Positions 33,227 to 42,828 are shown, counted from the stretch's first letter. The stretch: 48,005 nucleotides of DNA from Myxococcota bacterium (GCA_025453525.1 JALOQD010000001.1:1-48005), one strand, 5' to 3'. The notes: generated by a model from the sequence alone, not told the origin. Made by a program: numbers and translations.

Positions 33227-34519
33227 TCAATCGTCGAAATTCCCCTGCGGCCCCTTTGCTCCTGCGAGGCTGCCTGCCCGAGCCCGGATCTTCGCTTCTG
33301 TCCACTCCTGCTTGTTCTCTTTGACCGTGGCCTTGGGGCCGACATCGAAACCGGAAGCCTCGAAGATGGCTTCGACAGCCAGCGGCGCCGTGTCTCGCGC
33401 ATTGAACACGTCGGTGAGGAGCTTGAACGTAAAGTCCTCGACCGCTTGGACCATGCGCTCGCGCACAGCCGTCGGCTGTCCAAGGAGCTTGTTGTCGAAC
33501 GGTAAGTTGAGCTTTTTGGTATCGCCGGTCTTCCAGCCCTTGTCCTTGGCGTGCTGCATCATCTCGGCCCACAGAGACTCTGTGACGCCCTGGCCCGGGA
33601 CCTTGACGAGCTGGCCGTTTTGCAACTCCACGTTGCCGTAGTCGTTGACCTTGACACCCCAGGAGAGCATCTGCAGCGCCGTTGCCACGTTGGCCTTGGT
33701 CGTCATGGTGCGCTGCGCGATCTGCCGCAACCTATCACTCGAATTGCCAGAAGTGCCGTGCTGGGCGCCCGACACCTTGTAAGGAGTCAGGGCCTCGTGG
33801 ATTCGCGCGGTCAACTCCACCTGGATGCCCGCATCCGAGGCCTCGATGCCATGGGTCGTCCCGTTGTTGAGGGCGATCCAGTCTGCGTGCACGCCGTGGG
33901 CGTTGAGACCCTGAATGAGGAACAGCGCCTCCTCGGGGGTGGAGAGGCCTTCCTTGCCCTTGATCTCGCCTACCTCGGTCTCGAGGCCAGCCCAGGCGGG
34001 CACGTGCTTCACAAGGGCGAGCGTGGAGAGCAGGTTGTCGTCGTCGGGCATGTGAGATGCGTCGATGGCGATAGAGGTGATGCCTGCCTCGAACATCGTC
34101 GGCACCTCGACCTCGGCAACTGGCAACTCGTCGGGTTTCTTCAGGCCGTAGTGGTCTGCGTGGATGGCCACAGGCACCGTGATTCCGAGCTCATTGGCGA
34201 TGGCGTCCACGTAGGTTGCGATGTTCCAGTAGTTGACAGGGCAATAGGCGCTCGCGCCTCCCTCGGAGCGGGCGATCTCGATGATGATCGCCGCGTTGGC
34301 GCGCTGAGCCGCCTTCAGAGCGCCACGGATGACAAAGGTGTTGCGTGCGTTGGCGGCAATGGTCATGGCCTTGCCCTTCCTGCGCATGGCCCGGTCGATG
34401 ACCTTGCCGCTCACCAGGAGCGCGCGGGAGCTGGGGAACAGCTTTTGGATGTTCGGTGGCCGTCCCATCTCGAGCGCCTTGTTGTAGGTCTGCCGATCGA
34501 TTTCCCTGTTCTGTGCCAT
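33227..34519 (-). CDS. Class II (metal-dependent) fructose/ketose-bisphosphate aldolase family protein, long form
   Basis: Motifs are VAIHADHYG, ALNNGTTHG, GAQHGTSG and ETEVGEIKG. The preferred start is ATG 34519 with AAGGAAG upstream; ATG 34540 is the alternative. Confidence 0.7.
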   Translation of the reverse strand: MAQNREIDRQTYNKALEMGRPPNIQKLFPSSRALLVSGKVIDRAMRRKGKAMTIAANARNTFVIRGALKAAQRANAAIIIEIARSEGGASAYCPVNYWNIATYVDAIANELGITVPVAIHADHYGLKKPDELPVAEVEVPTMFEAGITSIAIDASHMPDDDNLLSTLALVKHVPAWAGLETEVGEIKGKEGLSTPEEALFLIQGLNAHGVHADWIALNNGTTHGIEASDAGIQVELTARIHEALTPYKVSGAQHGTSGNSSDRLRQIAQRTMTTKANVATALQMLSWGVKVNDYGNVELQNGQLVKVPGQGVTESLWAEMMQHAKDKGWKTGDTKKLNLPFDNKLLGQPTAVRERMVQAVEDFTFKLLTDVFNARDTAPLAVEAIFEASGFDVGPKATVKENKQEWTEAKIRARAGSLAGAKGPQGNFDD

Positions 34520-34733
34520 GGAGATCTTCCTTTCTCGCATGCAAAGCCCGTCTCCAGCTCTGCGCCAGTGGAACGCCCGGAGATCGTGGCCAAACTAGAC
34601 TAGATGTTTCCGCCGTACCGCAGGATGAAGCCCCGTGCAAGTCCGCTGTTGCACTCCTCGAGCGGAAAAGACGCTTGATTGAACTTATGAGGCTTAATAC
34701 CGTCAAAACACCAAGTACGATAGGAGGCCCTTC

Positions 34734-35339
34734 ATGAAGAACCTAACCTGCTCCGTTCTCTACGGAATTCTCCTCGCTCCCTGCCTCCTGCTCTGCTCGG
34801 TCCCGGCCCAGGCCGCGAACCGGGTATTTCTCAACGGCGCGGAGATCACTGGGGTAAGGGACCAGACCTTTACCGGCGCCACAGTGCGCATCGACCGCAA
34901 CGGAGACATCTTCATCGAGGCCGCTTCGCACTCGGTCATGCCCGCCTCGAAAGCCGCAGCCAAAACCGATGCTGGAGGACCCAACGCCAGCCTGTCCCAG
35001 CGCTACTACCTCGTCACCCAACCCAGCGCCAAAGCGCCCCAATGCGAGCTCAAGATCAACGTCAACGGCGAAGAAAAAAGGACCGTGAGACCTGGAGCCT
35101 CGCCCCAGCTCATCATGGAAATTTCAGCTTGGCTCCACGCTGGAGACAATGAGATCCACGTCACTGGCCCTTGGTGCAATGGGCAGCTTTTACCCGGCGC
35201 CACACCCGCCCGGCTCATCATCGGCCGCGGCCACGAGGAAAACAAGGTCGTGAAGGTCGACACCATTCTGCTTTCGGTCTCTGTCGGCACAGCCACCCAC
35301 TGGCCCATTTCGGAACGAAAGCTCCTTTTGGCTCAGTGA
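34734..35339 (+). CDS. Hypothetical secreted protein
   Basis: SD AGGAGG lies 7 nt before ATG 34734. The signal peptide is MKNLTCSVLYGILLAPCLLLCSVPAQAA. No motif was recognised. Confidence 0.55.
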   Translation: MKNLTCSVLYGILLAPCLLLCSVPAQAANRVFLNGAEITGVRDQTFTGATVRIDRNGDIFIEAASHSVMPASKAAAKTDAGGPNASLSQRYYLVTQPSAKAPQCELKINVNGEEKRTVRPGASPQLIMEISAWLHAGDNEIHVTGPWCNGQLLPGATPARLIIGRGHEENKVVKVDTILLSVSVGTATHWPISERKLLLAQ

Positions 35340-35443
35340 GGCGAGCGCGGTGGCGAGCGCCGATCCAGACAAGAGGCCACCCCGCGCCTTTCCATTTTGG
35401 GAAAGCCGTTGGCGGCAAATTCGAGTCGTGCGCCTGCGAACCT

Positions 35444-37078
35444 CTATTGGGGACGCCAGATCGATTCTTCCATGCGGTGCAGCAGCGGCGCAAAGGTCTG
35501 CTTGGACAGGGCCGACACAGAGACGGCAGACAGGCGATCGCAGTCCTCGCGCAGCTGATCCGGCTCTGCGAGGTCCGCCTTGTTGAGAACCAGGAGCCTG
35601 GGGATGTGCATGAGCTCCAGATCGGCCAAGATGCGCTCCACCCACGAGATCTGGTCGAACCGCGACGGATCCCCGGCGTCGATGATGTGGAGCAGCAGGC
35701 TCGCGTCCGCGAGCTCCTCCAAGGTGGCTTTGAAAGCGCTGACGAGGTCCTTGGGGAGATCGCGGATGAACCCCACCGTGTCGGTGACGACGATCTCGCG
35801 CTCCCTGGGAAAGCGCAGGCGCCGACTCGCCGTGTCGAGGGTGACGAACAACTTGTTTTCGACCTGCACGGTGGAATCGGTCAAGGCGTTGAGCAGCGTC
35901 GACTTGCCGGCATTTGTGTAGCCCACGATAGAGACGATGGGCACCCCGGCGCGGCGCCGCTTCATCCGCCGCTGCTCTCGGGAGCGCGCGGAATCCTCGA
36001 GCCGCTTCTCGAGCCGGGTGATGCGTTCGCGGGCGCGGCGCTTGCCGATCTCGATCTTGGTCTCGCCCGGTCCGCGGCGGCCGCCGATGCCTCCGGTGAG
36101 GCGCGAGAGGGAGTCGTCCTTGGCGCCGAGGCGCGGCAAAAGGTACTTTAGCTGGGCGAGCTCCACCTGCAGCTTGCCCTCCACGGAATGGGCATGTTGG
36201 GCAAAGATGTCGAGGATGAGCTGGGTGCGATCGATGACCTTGGCATCGGTCACAGCAGCGATGGCCCGAGCCTGATTCGCTCCGATTTCATGGTCGAAGA
36301 TGATAACCTGCGCATCCTCCTGCATGGCTCGCACGTTGATGTCCTCGAGCTTGCCCTTGCCCACGAGGTAGAGCGGATCCTTCTTCGGCCGCACCTGGAG
36401 CACCTTTTCCGCCACCTCGACTCCAGCGGTGCGCGCCAGCTCTGACAACTCGGCCAGGCTTCGCTCCGCCTCGGGCACGTCCTTTTGGCTCCTGGCCACG
36501 TGAACGAGAAGGGCTCGACCGTCCTTGCCGCGCACTGGGCGCGCCTCGTCGCTGCGGGCGAACTCCTCTTCGAGGGAGCCGATGAGCGCGAGAAAATCCT
36601 CGCGCAGCATGCCGATGTTGAACGGGCCTTCCTGCAGGTACAACTCGCCCCCGGGCGACGGCGGCAAAAGATGGGCGTAGAAGATTCCCCCAGGCAAGCC
36701 ATCTGGGGAAACGCCCACAGCCACCAGCATGTCGAGCCGCAGCCGCACGAGGTCCGTGAGGTCGTCGCGAGACAACGGCTCGCTGCGCAGATGGGTGTGC
36801 ACGAATCGCAGGGCGCGAAACCGCCGCTCCGAGGCGCGCAAACGCCCGAAGTCCGGCAACTCGATGCGCGACGCATCGCCCACGGCCACCTGTGTGACCT
36901 GGCCGCCGCGATCGATGAACAACCCGATCTGCCGACCGAGCTCACGAGACAACAGGCACATCTGCGCAGCCAGCTCTGCCGACAGAATACGGCTTGCCGG
37001 CACCCGTCGCTGCCCGAGCCGTTCGAGAGCGCGCTTTTCCGATGAACCGAGTCCAAGAAGATTTCCGTGTACCGTCAA
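35444..37078 (-). CDS. hflX: GTPase HflX (long N-terminal form)
   Basis: Motifs are RTQLILDIFAQHAHSVEGKLQVELAQLKYLLPRL, GPGETKIE, G1 GYTNAGKST, DTVGF and NKAD. The start is uncertain. TTG 37078 forms a TTGA overlap with the nagZ stop. ATG 36961 is the first ATG. The track start at 37297 would overlap nagZ by 220 nt. Confidence 0.8.
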   Translation of the reverse strand: MTVHGNLLGLGSSEKRALERLGQRRVPASRILSAELAAQMCLLSRELGRQIGLFIDRGGQVTQVAVGDASRIELPDFGRLRASERRFRALRFVHTHLRSEPLSRDDLTDLVRLRLDMLVAVGVSPDGLPGGIFYAHLLPPSPGGELYLQEGPFNIGMLREDFLALIGSLEEEFARSDEARPVRGKDGRALLVHVARSQKDVPEAERSLAELSELARTAGVEVAEKVLQVRPKKDPLYLVGKGKLEDINVRAMQEDAQVIIFDHEIGANQARAIAAVTDAKVIDRTQLILDIFAQHAHSVEGKLQVELAQLKYLLPRLGAKDDSLSRLTGGIGGRRGPGETKIEIGKRRARERITRLEKRLEDSARSREQRRMKRRRAGVPIVSIVGYTNAGKSTLLNALTDSTVQVENKLFVTLDTASRRLRFPREREIVVTDTVGFIRDLPKDLVSAFKATLEELADASLLLHIIDAGDPSRFDQISWVERILADLELMHIPRLLVLNKADLAEPDQLREDCDRLSAVSVSALSKQTFAPLLHRMEESIWRPQ

Positions 37079-38154
37079 TGGGTCTGACCTGTGGCAAGGG
37101 CGCGGATGAGCTGTTGCTGCCGCGAAAGGTGAAGGGAGCTGCCGATGAAGGACAGCTTTGGACTGGCTCGCAGGGGCGAGGCGAGGGAGCAAAGCCGAGA
37201 AGCGGCGCGCTCGAGTCGATAGGCAAAGGCCGGGGTCGTCTGTGCCTTTTTTTGAAGCGCCTCGACGACCGCCGCGCGCACCGTCTCCGATCGGCAAATG
37301 AGAAGGCCGTCCACTCCAGCGTCGATGGCGAGCACCGCCGCCTGCTCGGGCGAGCCGTATCTGGAGATGGCGCCCATCTCCAAGTCATCGCTGAGCACTG
37401 GCCCGCGAAAGTGGAGCCTTTCGCGCAAAATCCCAGTGACGATAGCGCGGCTGAGGGTCGCCGGAACCTCCGTGTCCAAGGCCGGGTAGACGACGTGAGC
37501 GGTCATCATTCCGCCCATTCCCGATCTGGCATATGCTGAAAAGGGCATGAGCTCCACGGCCTCGAGACGGGCCTCGTCCTGCTCGACGCGGGGCAAATCC
37601 AGGTGACTGTCGAGGCTGGCGTCTCCATGACCGGGAAAGTGCTTGGCCACAGGGTGCACTCCGCCATCTCGCAGTCCCCTGGCAAAGCCCAGGCCGTGTC
37701 GCAGCACCGCTTGCGGCGAGCTGCCATAGGATCTGTCGCCGATGATCGGGCTGCAAGAATTGGTGTCCACGTCCAGCACAGGGGCGAAATTCGCGGAAAA
37801 CCCCAGGGCGCAGAGCTCGGCGCCCACCAAGCGACCCGCGGCCTCTGTGAGCGACGGGGTATCCAAGAGACCAAAGCTCCGCGCCGGAGGCAACACCGTC
37901 AGAGGCTCGCGCAACCGCACCACGCGACCGCCCTCCTGATCCACGGCCGCGACAAAGGGCCGCGGACCTGCCGAGGCGCGGCACTGCTCGAGCAGCGCGG
38001 CGACCTGCGCCGGAGCCTCCACATTGCGCGCAAACAGCACCACTCCCCCGAGACCGCGGCGCACATCTTCAAGCAAGGACGGCGGAGCCGTGGTCCCGTC
38101 GAATCCCGCGACGATAACAGATAGGGCAGCGCCCAATGCTTCATCGCCCGTCAT
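37075..38154 (-). CDS. nagZ: Beta-N-acetylhexosaminidase (GH3, NagZ-type)
   Basis: Motifs are VAAVDQEGGRVVRL, NFAPVLDVD, IGDRSYG and KHFPGHGDASLDSHLDLP. Confidence 0.85.
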   Translation of the reverse strand: MTGDEALGAALSVIVAGFDGTTAPPSLLEDVRRGLGGVVLFARNVEAPAQVAALLEQCRASAGPRPFVAAVDQEGGRVVRLREPLTVLPPARSFGLLDTPSLTEAAGRLVGAELCALGFSANFAPVLDVDTNSCSPIIGDRSYGSSPQAVLRHGLGFARGLRDGGVHPVAKHFPGHGDASLDSHLDLPRVEQDEARLEAVELMPFSAYARSGMGGMMTAHVVYPALDTEVPATLSRAIVTGILRERLHFRGPVLSDDLEMGAISRYGSPEQAAVLAIDAGVDGLLICRSETVRAAVVEALQKKAQTTPAFAYRLERAASRLCSLASPLRASPKLSFIGSSLHLSRQQQLIRALATGQTH

Positions 38155-38203
38155 GGAGAATCTTTAGATGGCATGAAAGATGAGGACGGCGCTCGAACGG
38201 ACA

Positions 38204-38596
38204 TCAATGGCAAACGCCGCAGGAGTCGGGTTCTGGGAAATCGTCGGCCGGGGTGTGGGTTTCAGCGACGTCCTCTTCCACATGGCAAGAGGAAGAGAAG
38301 CAGCTCTCCTGGTCAGCGTGAGCGCCCTTGTCGAGCGCGCCGTTGTTGCCGTGGCACTCCACGCAATCGTCGGGCATGAGCCCCTCGTTGTGGCCGTCGG
38401 CTTTATGGCAGCCAGAGCATGCGGGTTTGCGCCAGCCCCCATGGGAGTCCGTGAGCAACCCTTCCTCTCCCTCGCCTTCGCCCTCGCCTTCGCCCTCACC
38501 GGCCTCATCCGTGTCCTGCTCATCGTCGTCCGACCCGCAGGAGGAGAGAGCGGTGAGCGTCATCGACAAAGCCAAAAGTGCCAGAAAAAGTCTCAT
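38204..38596 (-). CDS. Small lipoprotein multihaem c-type cytochrome (tetrahaem c3-like)
   Basis: ATG 38596 has SD GGAGGA. The signal and lipobox are MRLFLALLALSMTLTALSSC, followed by an acidic (GE)n tether. Haem motifs are CSGCH, CVECH, CFSSSCH (CX4CH) and CGVCH. There are exactly four further His residues (DSH, DGH, GAH, ETH). Confidence 0.7.
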   Translation of the reverse strand: MRLFLALLALSMTLTALSSCGSDDDEQDTDEAGEGEGEGEGEGEEGLLTDSHGGWRKPACSGCHKADGHNEGLMPDDCVECHGNNGALDKGAHADQESCFSSSCHVEEDVAETHTPADDFPEPDSCGVCH

Positions 38597-38770
38597 AGAT
38601 CCTCCATCTTTCGTCGCTAGAGCCACTGCACCAACAGCGCTCGGAAGGGAAATCAATACATACCGAAAAACGCAGCGGAACACAAAGGCAGGCTGCGGAA
38701 TCCTTTTCCTTGTGGGAGCGCGGCATGACGAAAATGCTTTTAGACGGCCGGCTTTAAAAAGCCGCAGCCG

Positions 38771-41149
38771 TCACAATGGAGCGCTCTCAAAGACGAACGG
38801 ATAGGCGATTCTCGCCACAGGCCAACCCTGTGGAATGGGAAACCGCCATTGCATGATGGAGTCCAAAATGCACTGCGTTAACTCGAGATTGCCGAGCGTG
38901 GACTCACCGAGGTGAGCCTCCATAACGGCGCCGTCCCTGCCCACGGTCCAGTGAAAAACAGCGCGTCCGGCCAGCTTCGGATCTCCGGTCGAGTGGCTCT
39001 TGTAGCACTCTTCAACCGCGGCGAAGTTGGCCGCGACCACCGGTTCGATCTCCAAAGGGGACATTGTCCCTCTGATGACCAAGTCCCCGGGTTCTCTGGT
39101 GACCATGCCGGCAGGCCCGTCGGCTCTGGTTTCGAGAGCGTGCGCTGCGGCCTCTGGACGTATGCTTTGCGCTGGTTTGAAAACGACAAAGGCCAAGGCG
39201 CCGCCCCCCCTCAGGTTGTCGACGAGGGCGCGAAGGCTGGCGCGTGGTTTTTCACCACCATCCTTGCGCTTGGCCACGCAACTCTCGATGCGTTGCAGGG
39301 TCGTTTTGCCGATGAAAGGCCGCTTCTCGGACAAGTCGATCGCGTCTAATTGGGGCGGAAGATCTCCCTTTGCCCAAGGGATTTCGACGTTCGGCCTTGC
39401 GACCTCGACCTCAGCGACCACGATCTGCCCAGGCATCAAACGGTCCTGCGCGTCGACGATGCCGAAAAGCGTTATGGTGAGTGCGAACAGCGCCTGGAGC
39501 CCCAGTGCGATGAGAGCGGTCTTCAAGAGATCGCGGTCGAACCTTTTGCGCCTTTCGCGCTTCACGAGGGGCGGCCGGTAGACCTCTATGCAATACGAGT
39601 TTCGCTCGCCCTCGAGCACGGCTTGATCGCCCTCGACGAGCATCACGTTGCGCCATTTTCGCTTGAGCGGAACATCGGACAGAAGCGCCACCATCCCCGC
39701 TCGGTGCAGTTCCCCGGTGACCGGCTTCAAAGAGCGTATGAACAAACGGCCGCCGTTCAGGGTGCAGTGCAGCTCTTGCGAATGCGGAGTGTACGACTGG
39801 CCTGGCAGGATGGCGGCGACCTCCACCACGCGATCGCTCACCATGCGCACCACATGGGCAGCGCAGTAGCGTGCCTTGGCGCCCTTCGCTTCGGCGATCC
39901 CAGGGTCAGGCTCGCTCAGCAGCACTTCGGCCAGATCGAACGGCTCCTCAAAGTGTTGCTCCTCGAGGTCCTCTTGTTCAAAATAGCTCTCTTCGTCGAG
40001 GAGCTCACCAGTTCCCCCCTCGCGCGCCTCGGTCGTGGCCTCGGAAATCGCGCGTTCAGGGGAACCGCGAGAGATACGGGTCGCGATCGATCGGGTATCG
40101 CCTCTGCGAACCGGCGCAGCTTCCTCCACCATGGGAAGTGCGCCCTCGTTCGAATTCGAGGCAGGTGGCTCATCGGCGCGATCGATGGACGAGAATACGC
40201 CTTCTGCCGGCTTGTCCACCTCCCTGGTCGCGATGGCCAGCGTGTCGCCGCTGCGGGTTACCGTAGGAGCGATGTGCACGAAGGGCTCAGGGTTTTTCCA
40301 ACTCTCCACCACGGTCGACAATTCTTCCTCGAGCGAACCGTCGGTCTCGAATTTCGGGAGATCATCCGAGTCCCAATCGGCCTCCTCCCGCCCGGGAGCA
40401 GGCTCCGGAGTCGCGGGCGGGCGGCGTGTCCCCATCGGCACTGGCGGTGGGGCGGATTTGGGCCGCGGAACCCGCGAATCGGCCCTGTGGACTGGGCGCA
40501 GCGCCTCCTTTTGCCCCTGTGCAGGGCTGGAGCTCGCTTTCGCTCCCCGGCTTTCCGACGGCTCCTTCGGCCACGAGATGGGTGACATTTCCTCGGGAGT
40601 CACCGGCCTTGGCATCGCCGAGACTCTCGATTCGGGCACCGCCGCAGCGCCAGAGAACGCGCTCGACGGCGGCATCGACTCCCTTGCCTTGGAATGGCCA
40701 GGGGTCGAGGGTCTGGGCAACCTCGGTATGTGAGCCTTGGCCAACCCGTCGGGCCTCATCGGCTCGATCTTCGCCCCGTCAGCCAGCCGCTTCCCAGCCG
40801 ACGGCAAGGAGCTGACGACCGAGTCATCCGGCGAGGCAATGCCGACGCTGAAGGTCAGGCGTCCGGTTTTGATGACATCCGTTGGAGATGGGAGCGCGTA
40901 GTCGACGAGCTCACCGTTGAGCCACACCTCGGCGCCGGGCTCAGGCAGCAAGACCAGGACTCCGTCCTCGAAGTACACACTGACGTGCTTGGACTTTATC
41001 GACGAATCGCCTGCCACGCGGATCGTGCAGGTTTTGGCCGTGCCGATGGAAAGGGACTCTGCGCACGTCTTGTACGAACGAACCACCTTGCCGCGCCGCA
41101 GAATCAACACGCGGATGGCAGTGACCGGCGGTGACTCCCCTTGTGTCAC
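38771..41149 (-). CDS. FHA-domain protein with a Pro/Ser-rich linker, one TM helix and a C-terminal AgmX/PglI-type TonB-like domain
   Basis: GTG 41149 lies 4 nt after the ExbD stop, with GGAGAAGGAG upstream; the track ATG 41194 would overlap ExbD.
- FHA domain: SIGTAKTCTIRVAGDSSIKSKHVSVYFEDG...VWLNGELV...GRLTFSV.
- TM helix: LLKTALIALGLQALFALTITLFGIV.
- Tail: VEECY...GRAVFHWTVGRDGAV...LTQCILDSIMQWRFPIP...IAYPFVF. Confidence 0.75.
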   Translation of the reverse strand: MTQGESPPVTAIRVLILRRGKVVRSYKTCAESLSIGTAKTCTIRVAGDSSIKSKHVSVYFEDGVLVLLPEPGAEVWLNGELVDYALPSPTDVIKTGRLTFSVGIASPDDSVVSSLPSAGKRLADGAKIEPMRPDGLAKAHIPRLPRPSTPGHSKARESMPPSSAFSGAAAVPESRVSAMPRPVTPEEMSPISWPKEPSESRGAKASSSPAQGQKEALRPVHRADSRVPRPKSAPPPVPMGTRRPPATPEPAPGREEADWDSDDLPKFETDGSLEEELSTVVESWKNPEPFVHIAPTVTRSGDTLAIATREVDKPAEGVFSSIDRADEPPASNSNEGALPMVEEAAPVRRGDTRSIATRISRGSPERAISEATTEAREGGTGELLDEESYFEQEDLEEQHFEEPFDLAEVLLSEPDPGIAEAKGAKARYCAAHVVRMVSDRVVEVAAILPGQSYTPHSQELHCTLNGGRLFIRSLKPVTGELHRAGMVALLSDVPLKRKWRNVMLVEGDQAVLEGERNSYCIEVYRPPLVKRERRKRFDRDLLKTALIALGLQALFALTITLFGIVDAQDRLMPGQIVVAEVEVARPNVEIPWAKGDLPPQLDAIDLSEKRPFIGKTTLQRIESCVAKRKDGGEKPRASLRALVDNLRGGGALAFVVFKPAQSIRPEAAAHALETRADGPAGMVTREPGDLVIRGTMSPLEIEPVVAANFAAVEECYKSHSTGDPKLAGRAVFHWTVGRDGAVMEAHLGESTLGNLELTQCILDSIMQWRFPIPQGWPVARIAYPFVFESAPL

Positions 41150-41153
41150 TTCG

Positions 41154-41630
41154 TCACTCCTTCTCCACCACGAGACGACAGCGGGTGAACCCACCGCTGG
41201 CGGCGCTGTTCATGACCAAGGACAACGTGCGGTAGGGGATGGACCTATGGGCCTGAATCACCGCGACCTTCTCGTCGTTTTTTTCTTTTTTCCGGCGCTC
41301 CCACGAAGCCTGAATCGCTCGCTGTATGGCGGCGATGCTGCGGGACCGTGCGTCCGCGTTGGTGAACTGTCCGCGGTCGAGCGCATAGACCTTCTTGCCC
41401 TCTATCGATACGTAATCCCCGGTGATGGAGATGTTCACGCCAGGCTTGAACCCGCTGCTCGTCAAAGAGGGCGGAAGCTCGTTGTTTGGATCGAGCACAA
41501 AGTCGTTGTCCTGGGCTTGGAAGCAGAGCAAGAGAAACACCAAAATAATGGTGAACAGGTCGAGCAGAGCCGTGAGCGCAAGCGTCATGGGCCTTGGGCG
41601 AAGATGCAAGAGTCGGCTCTTCTTCAACAT
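41154..41630 (-). CDS. ExbD/TolR-family biopolymer transport protein (copy 2)
   Basis: 158 aa. SD GGGAGGGG precedes ATG 41630. An N-terminal TM helix (LTALLDLFTIILVFLLL) carries the conserved Asp, followed by a periplasmic domain. Confidence 0.8.
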   Translation of the reverse strand: MLKKSRLLHLRPRPMTLALTALLDLFTIILVFLLLCFQAQDNDFVLDPNNELPPSLTSSGFKPGVNISITGDYVSIEGKKVYALDRGQFTNADARSRSIAAIQRAIQASWERRKKEKNDEKVAVIQAHRSIPYRTLSLVMNSAASGGFTRCRLVVEKE

Positions 41631-41639
41631 GGCCCCTCC

Positions 41640-42152
41640 CTACACGACGAGGCGAGACATTAAAATCACAGGGAACAGCGGAATGCGCAGCTCCGAAGCA
41701 GCGCCGCGATTGAGCACCCGCTCGCGCGTCGCGTCAAGCACTCGAACAATTTCATCGTACGGCACATCGTCCTTCGGCATCACGATGACCGTGTCGCTCA
41801 AGTCGAAACGCATTTTTATGGCGTAAAGCGCGTCCGTGAGTTTTTGGTAGTCCAGGCGCCCATCCTCGGCCATGAGGGTTGCCGACAGCAGCTCGAGCGT
41901 TTCCTCTTCGAGCACGCCACTCGTGGCCGACACCTCGATGCGGTCCTTGGAGACGATCAGATTGACCGTCACTGAACGCGCGTCGTCTTCAACATCTTCC
42001 GTCGCCGCGGTCGAGGACGTGGGGATGATGCCCACATGATAGAACGCGGCAGAGAGAAGCAAAAATGGGATCAGCGTCACCATCAGGTTCATCACCGGCA
42101 GGAGGTTGAGCTGTGGGAGGTCGCGTTGCTTTCGTATTCGGGCAAAAATCAT
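41640..42152 (-). CDS. ExbD/TolR-family biopolymer transport protein (copy 1)
   Basis: ATG 42152 has SD AAGGAGG 7 nt upstream (MIFARIRKQRDLPQLNLLPVMNLMVTLIPFLLL). The Arg/Pro-rich N-terminal extension of the track ORF to 42470 overlaps exbB and was rejected. Confidence 0.8.
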   Translation of the reverse strand: MIFARIRKQRDLPQLNLLPVMNLMVTLIPFLLLSAAFYHVGIIPTSSTAATEDVEDDARSVTVNLIVSKDRIEVSATSGVLEEETLELLSATLMAEDGRLDYQKLTDALYAIKMRFDLSDTVIVMPKDDVPYDEIVRVLDATRERVLNRGAASELRIPLFPVILMSRLVV

Positions 42153-42183
42153 GAACTGACCTCCTTGCCGAAGGTGCTCCGAC

Positions 42184-42828
42184 CTACTTGCGCGCGCCGA
42201 GGTCCGCGATCCGCGCGGACAACGCATTGAGCAGGGCCGCGGCCCCCTCCTCTGTCTGGATGAGCAGCTTGTCGAGGCGCTCCGTGATGATTTGATGCGC
42301 GAACAGAATAGGGATGGCGACGATGAGACCGTACGCCGTGGTGTACATGGCCACCGAGATCCCCTCGGAGAGCACTTGTTGGCGCGCTGCGGCGCTCGCG
42401 GCCGACACTCCCTCGAAGGCCCTGATGAGGCCGAAGATCGTTCCGAGCAAGCCCAGCAGCGTCGCGGCATTGCCCAAAAGGCCGAGTATCCCCACGCCTC
42501 TGTGGAGCCCGGGCACGATGCTGAGCAATTCTTCCTCCATCGCCCGTTCGATCTCTTTCTCGCGGCGATTGGACTTGGCGAGCCCTGCGCGGATGACCTT
42601 GGTCAACGGATGCTTGCTCCGCACGTTACAGGCCTCGATCGCTTGGCCGAAGCTCATGGATTCAACGAGGGCAATCACCTGTGACATGAAGGAGCCCGTG
42701 TCGAGGCGCGACCGAAAGAAAAGCAGCACCAAACGGTCGACGGCGATGAGCACGCTCAGCAACGACAGGGCGAACAGCACCCACATCACGAACCCACCGC
42801 GAGCCATAATATCGAAAATCGTGGTCAT
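42184..42828 (-). CDS. MotA/TolQ/ExbB-family proton channel
   Basis: ATG 42828 has SD AAGGAGG; the track start 42846 is a TTG inside that SD. Three TM helices are present, with LGNAATLLGLLGTIFGLIRAF and TTAYGLIVAIPILFAH. Confidence 0.85.
   Translation of the reverse strand: MTTIFDIMARGGFVMWVLFALSLLSVLIAVDRLVLLFFRSRLDTGSFMSQVIALVESMSFGQAIEACNVRSKHPLTKVIRAGLAKSNRREKEIERAMEEELLSIVPGLHRGVGILGLLGNAATLLGLLGTIFGLIRAFEGVSAASAAARQQVLSEGISVAMYTTAYGLIVAIPILFAHQIITERLDKLLIQTEEGAAALLNALSARIADLGARK

Noticed and set aside
35381-35410. Weak hairpin (cctttcc-atttt-gggaaag region) between the convergent secreted-protein gene and hflX, as a bidirectional terminator.
   Set aside because: It has only about 6 bp of stem, no flanking U-tract and low predicted stability. 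It is not supportable as a terminator from sequence alone.
41154-42828. MotA/MotB-like pair as part of a Zorya-type anti-phage system.
   Set aside because: The small subunits are ExbD/TolR-type, not OmpA-domain MotB/ZorB-like. No ZorC/ZorD-like helicase or nuclease genes follow. The partner is a TonB-like protein.
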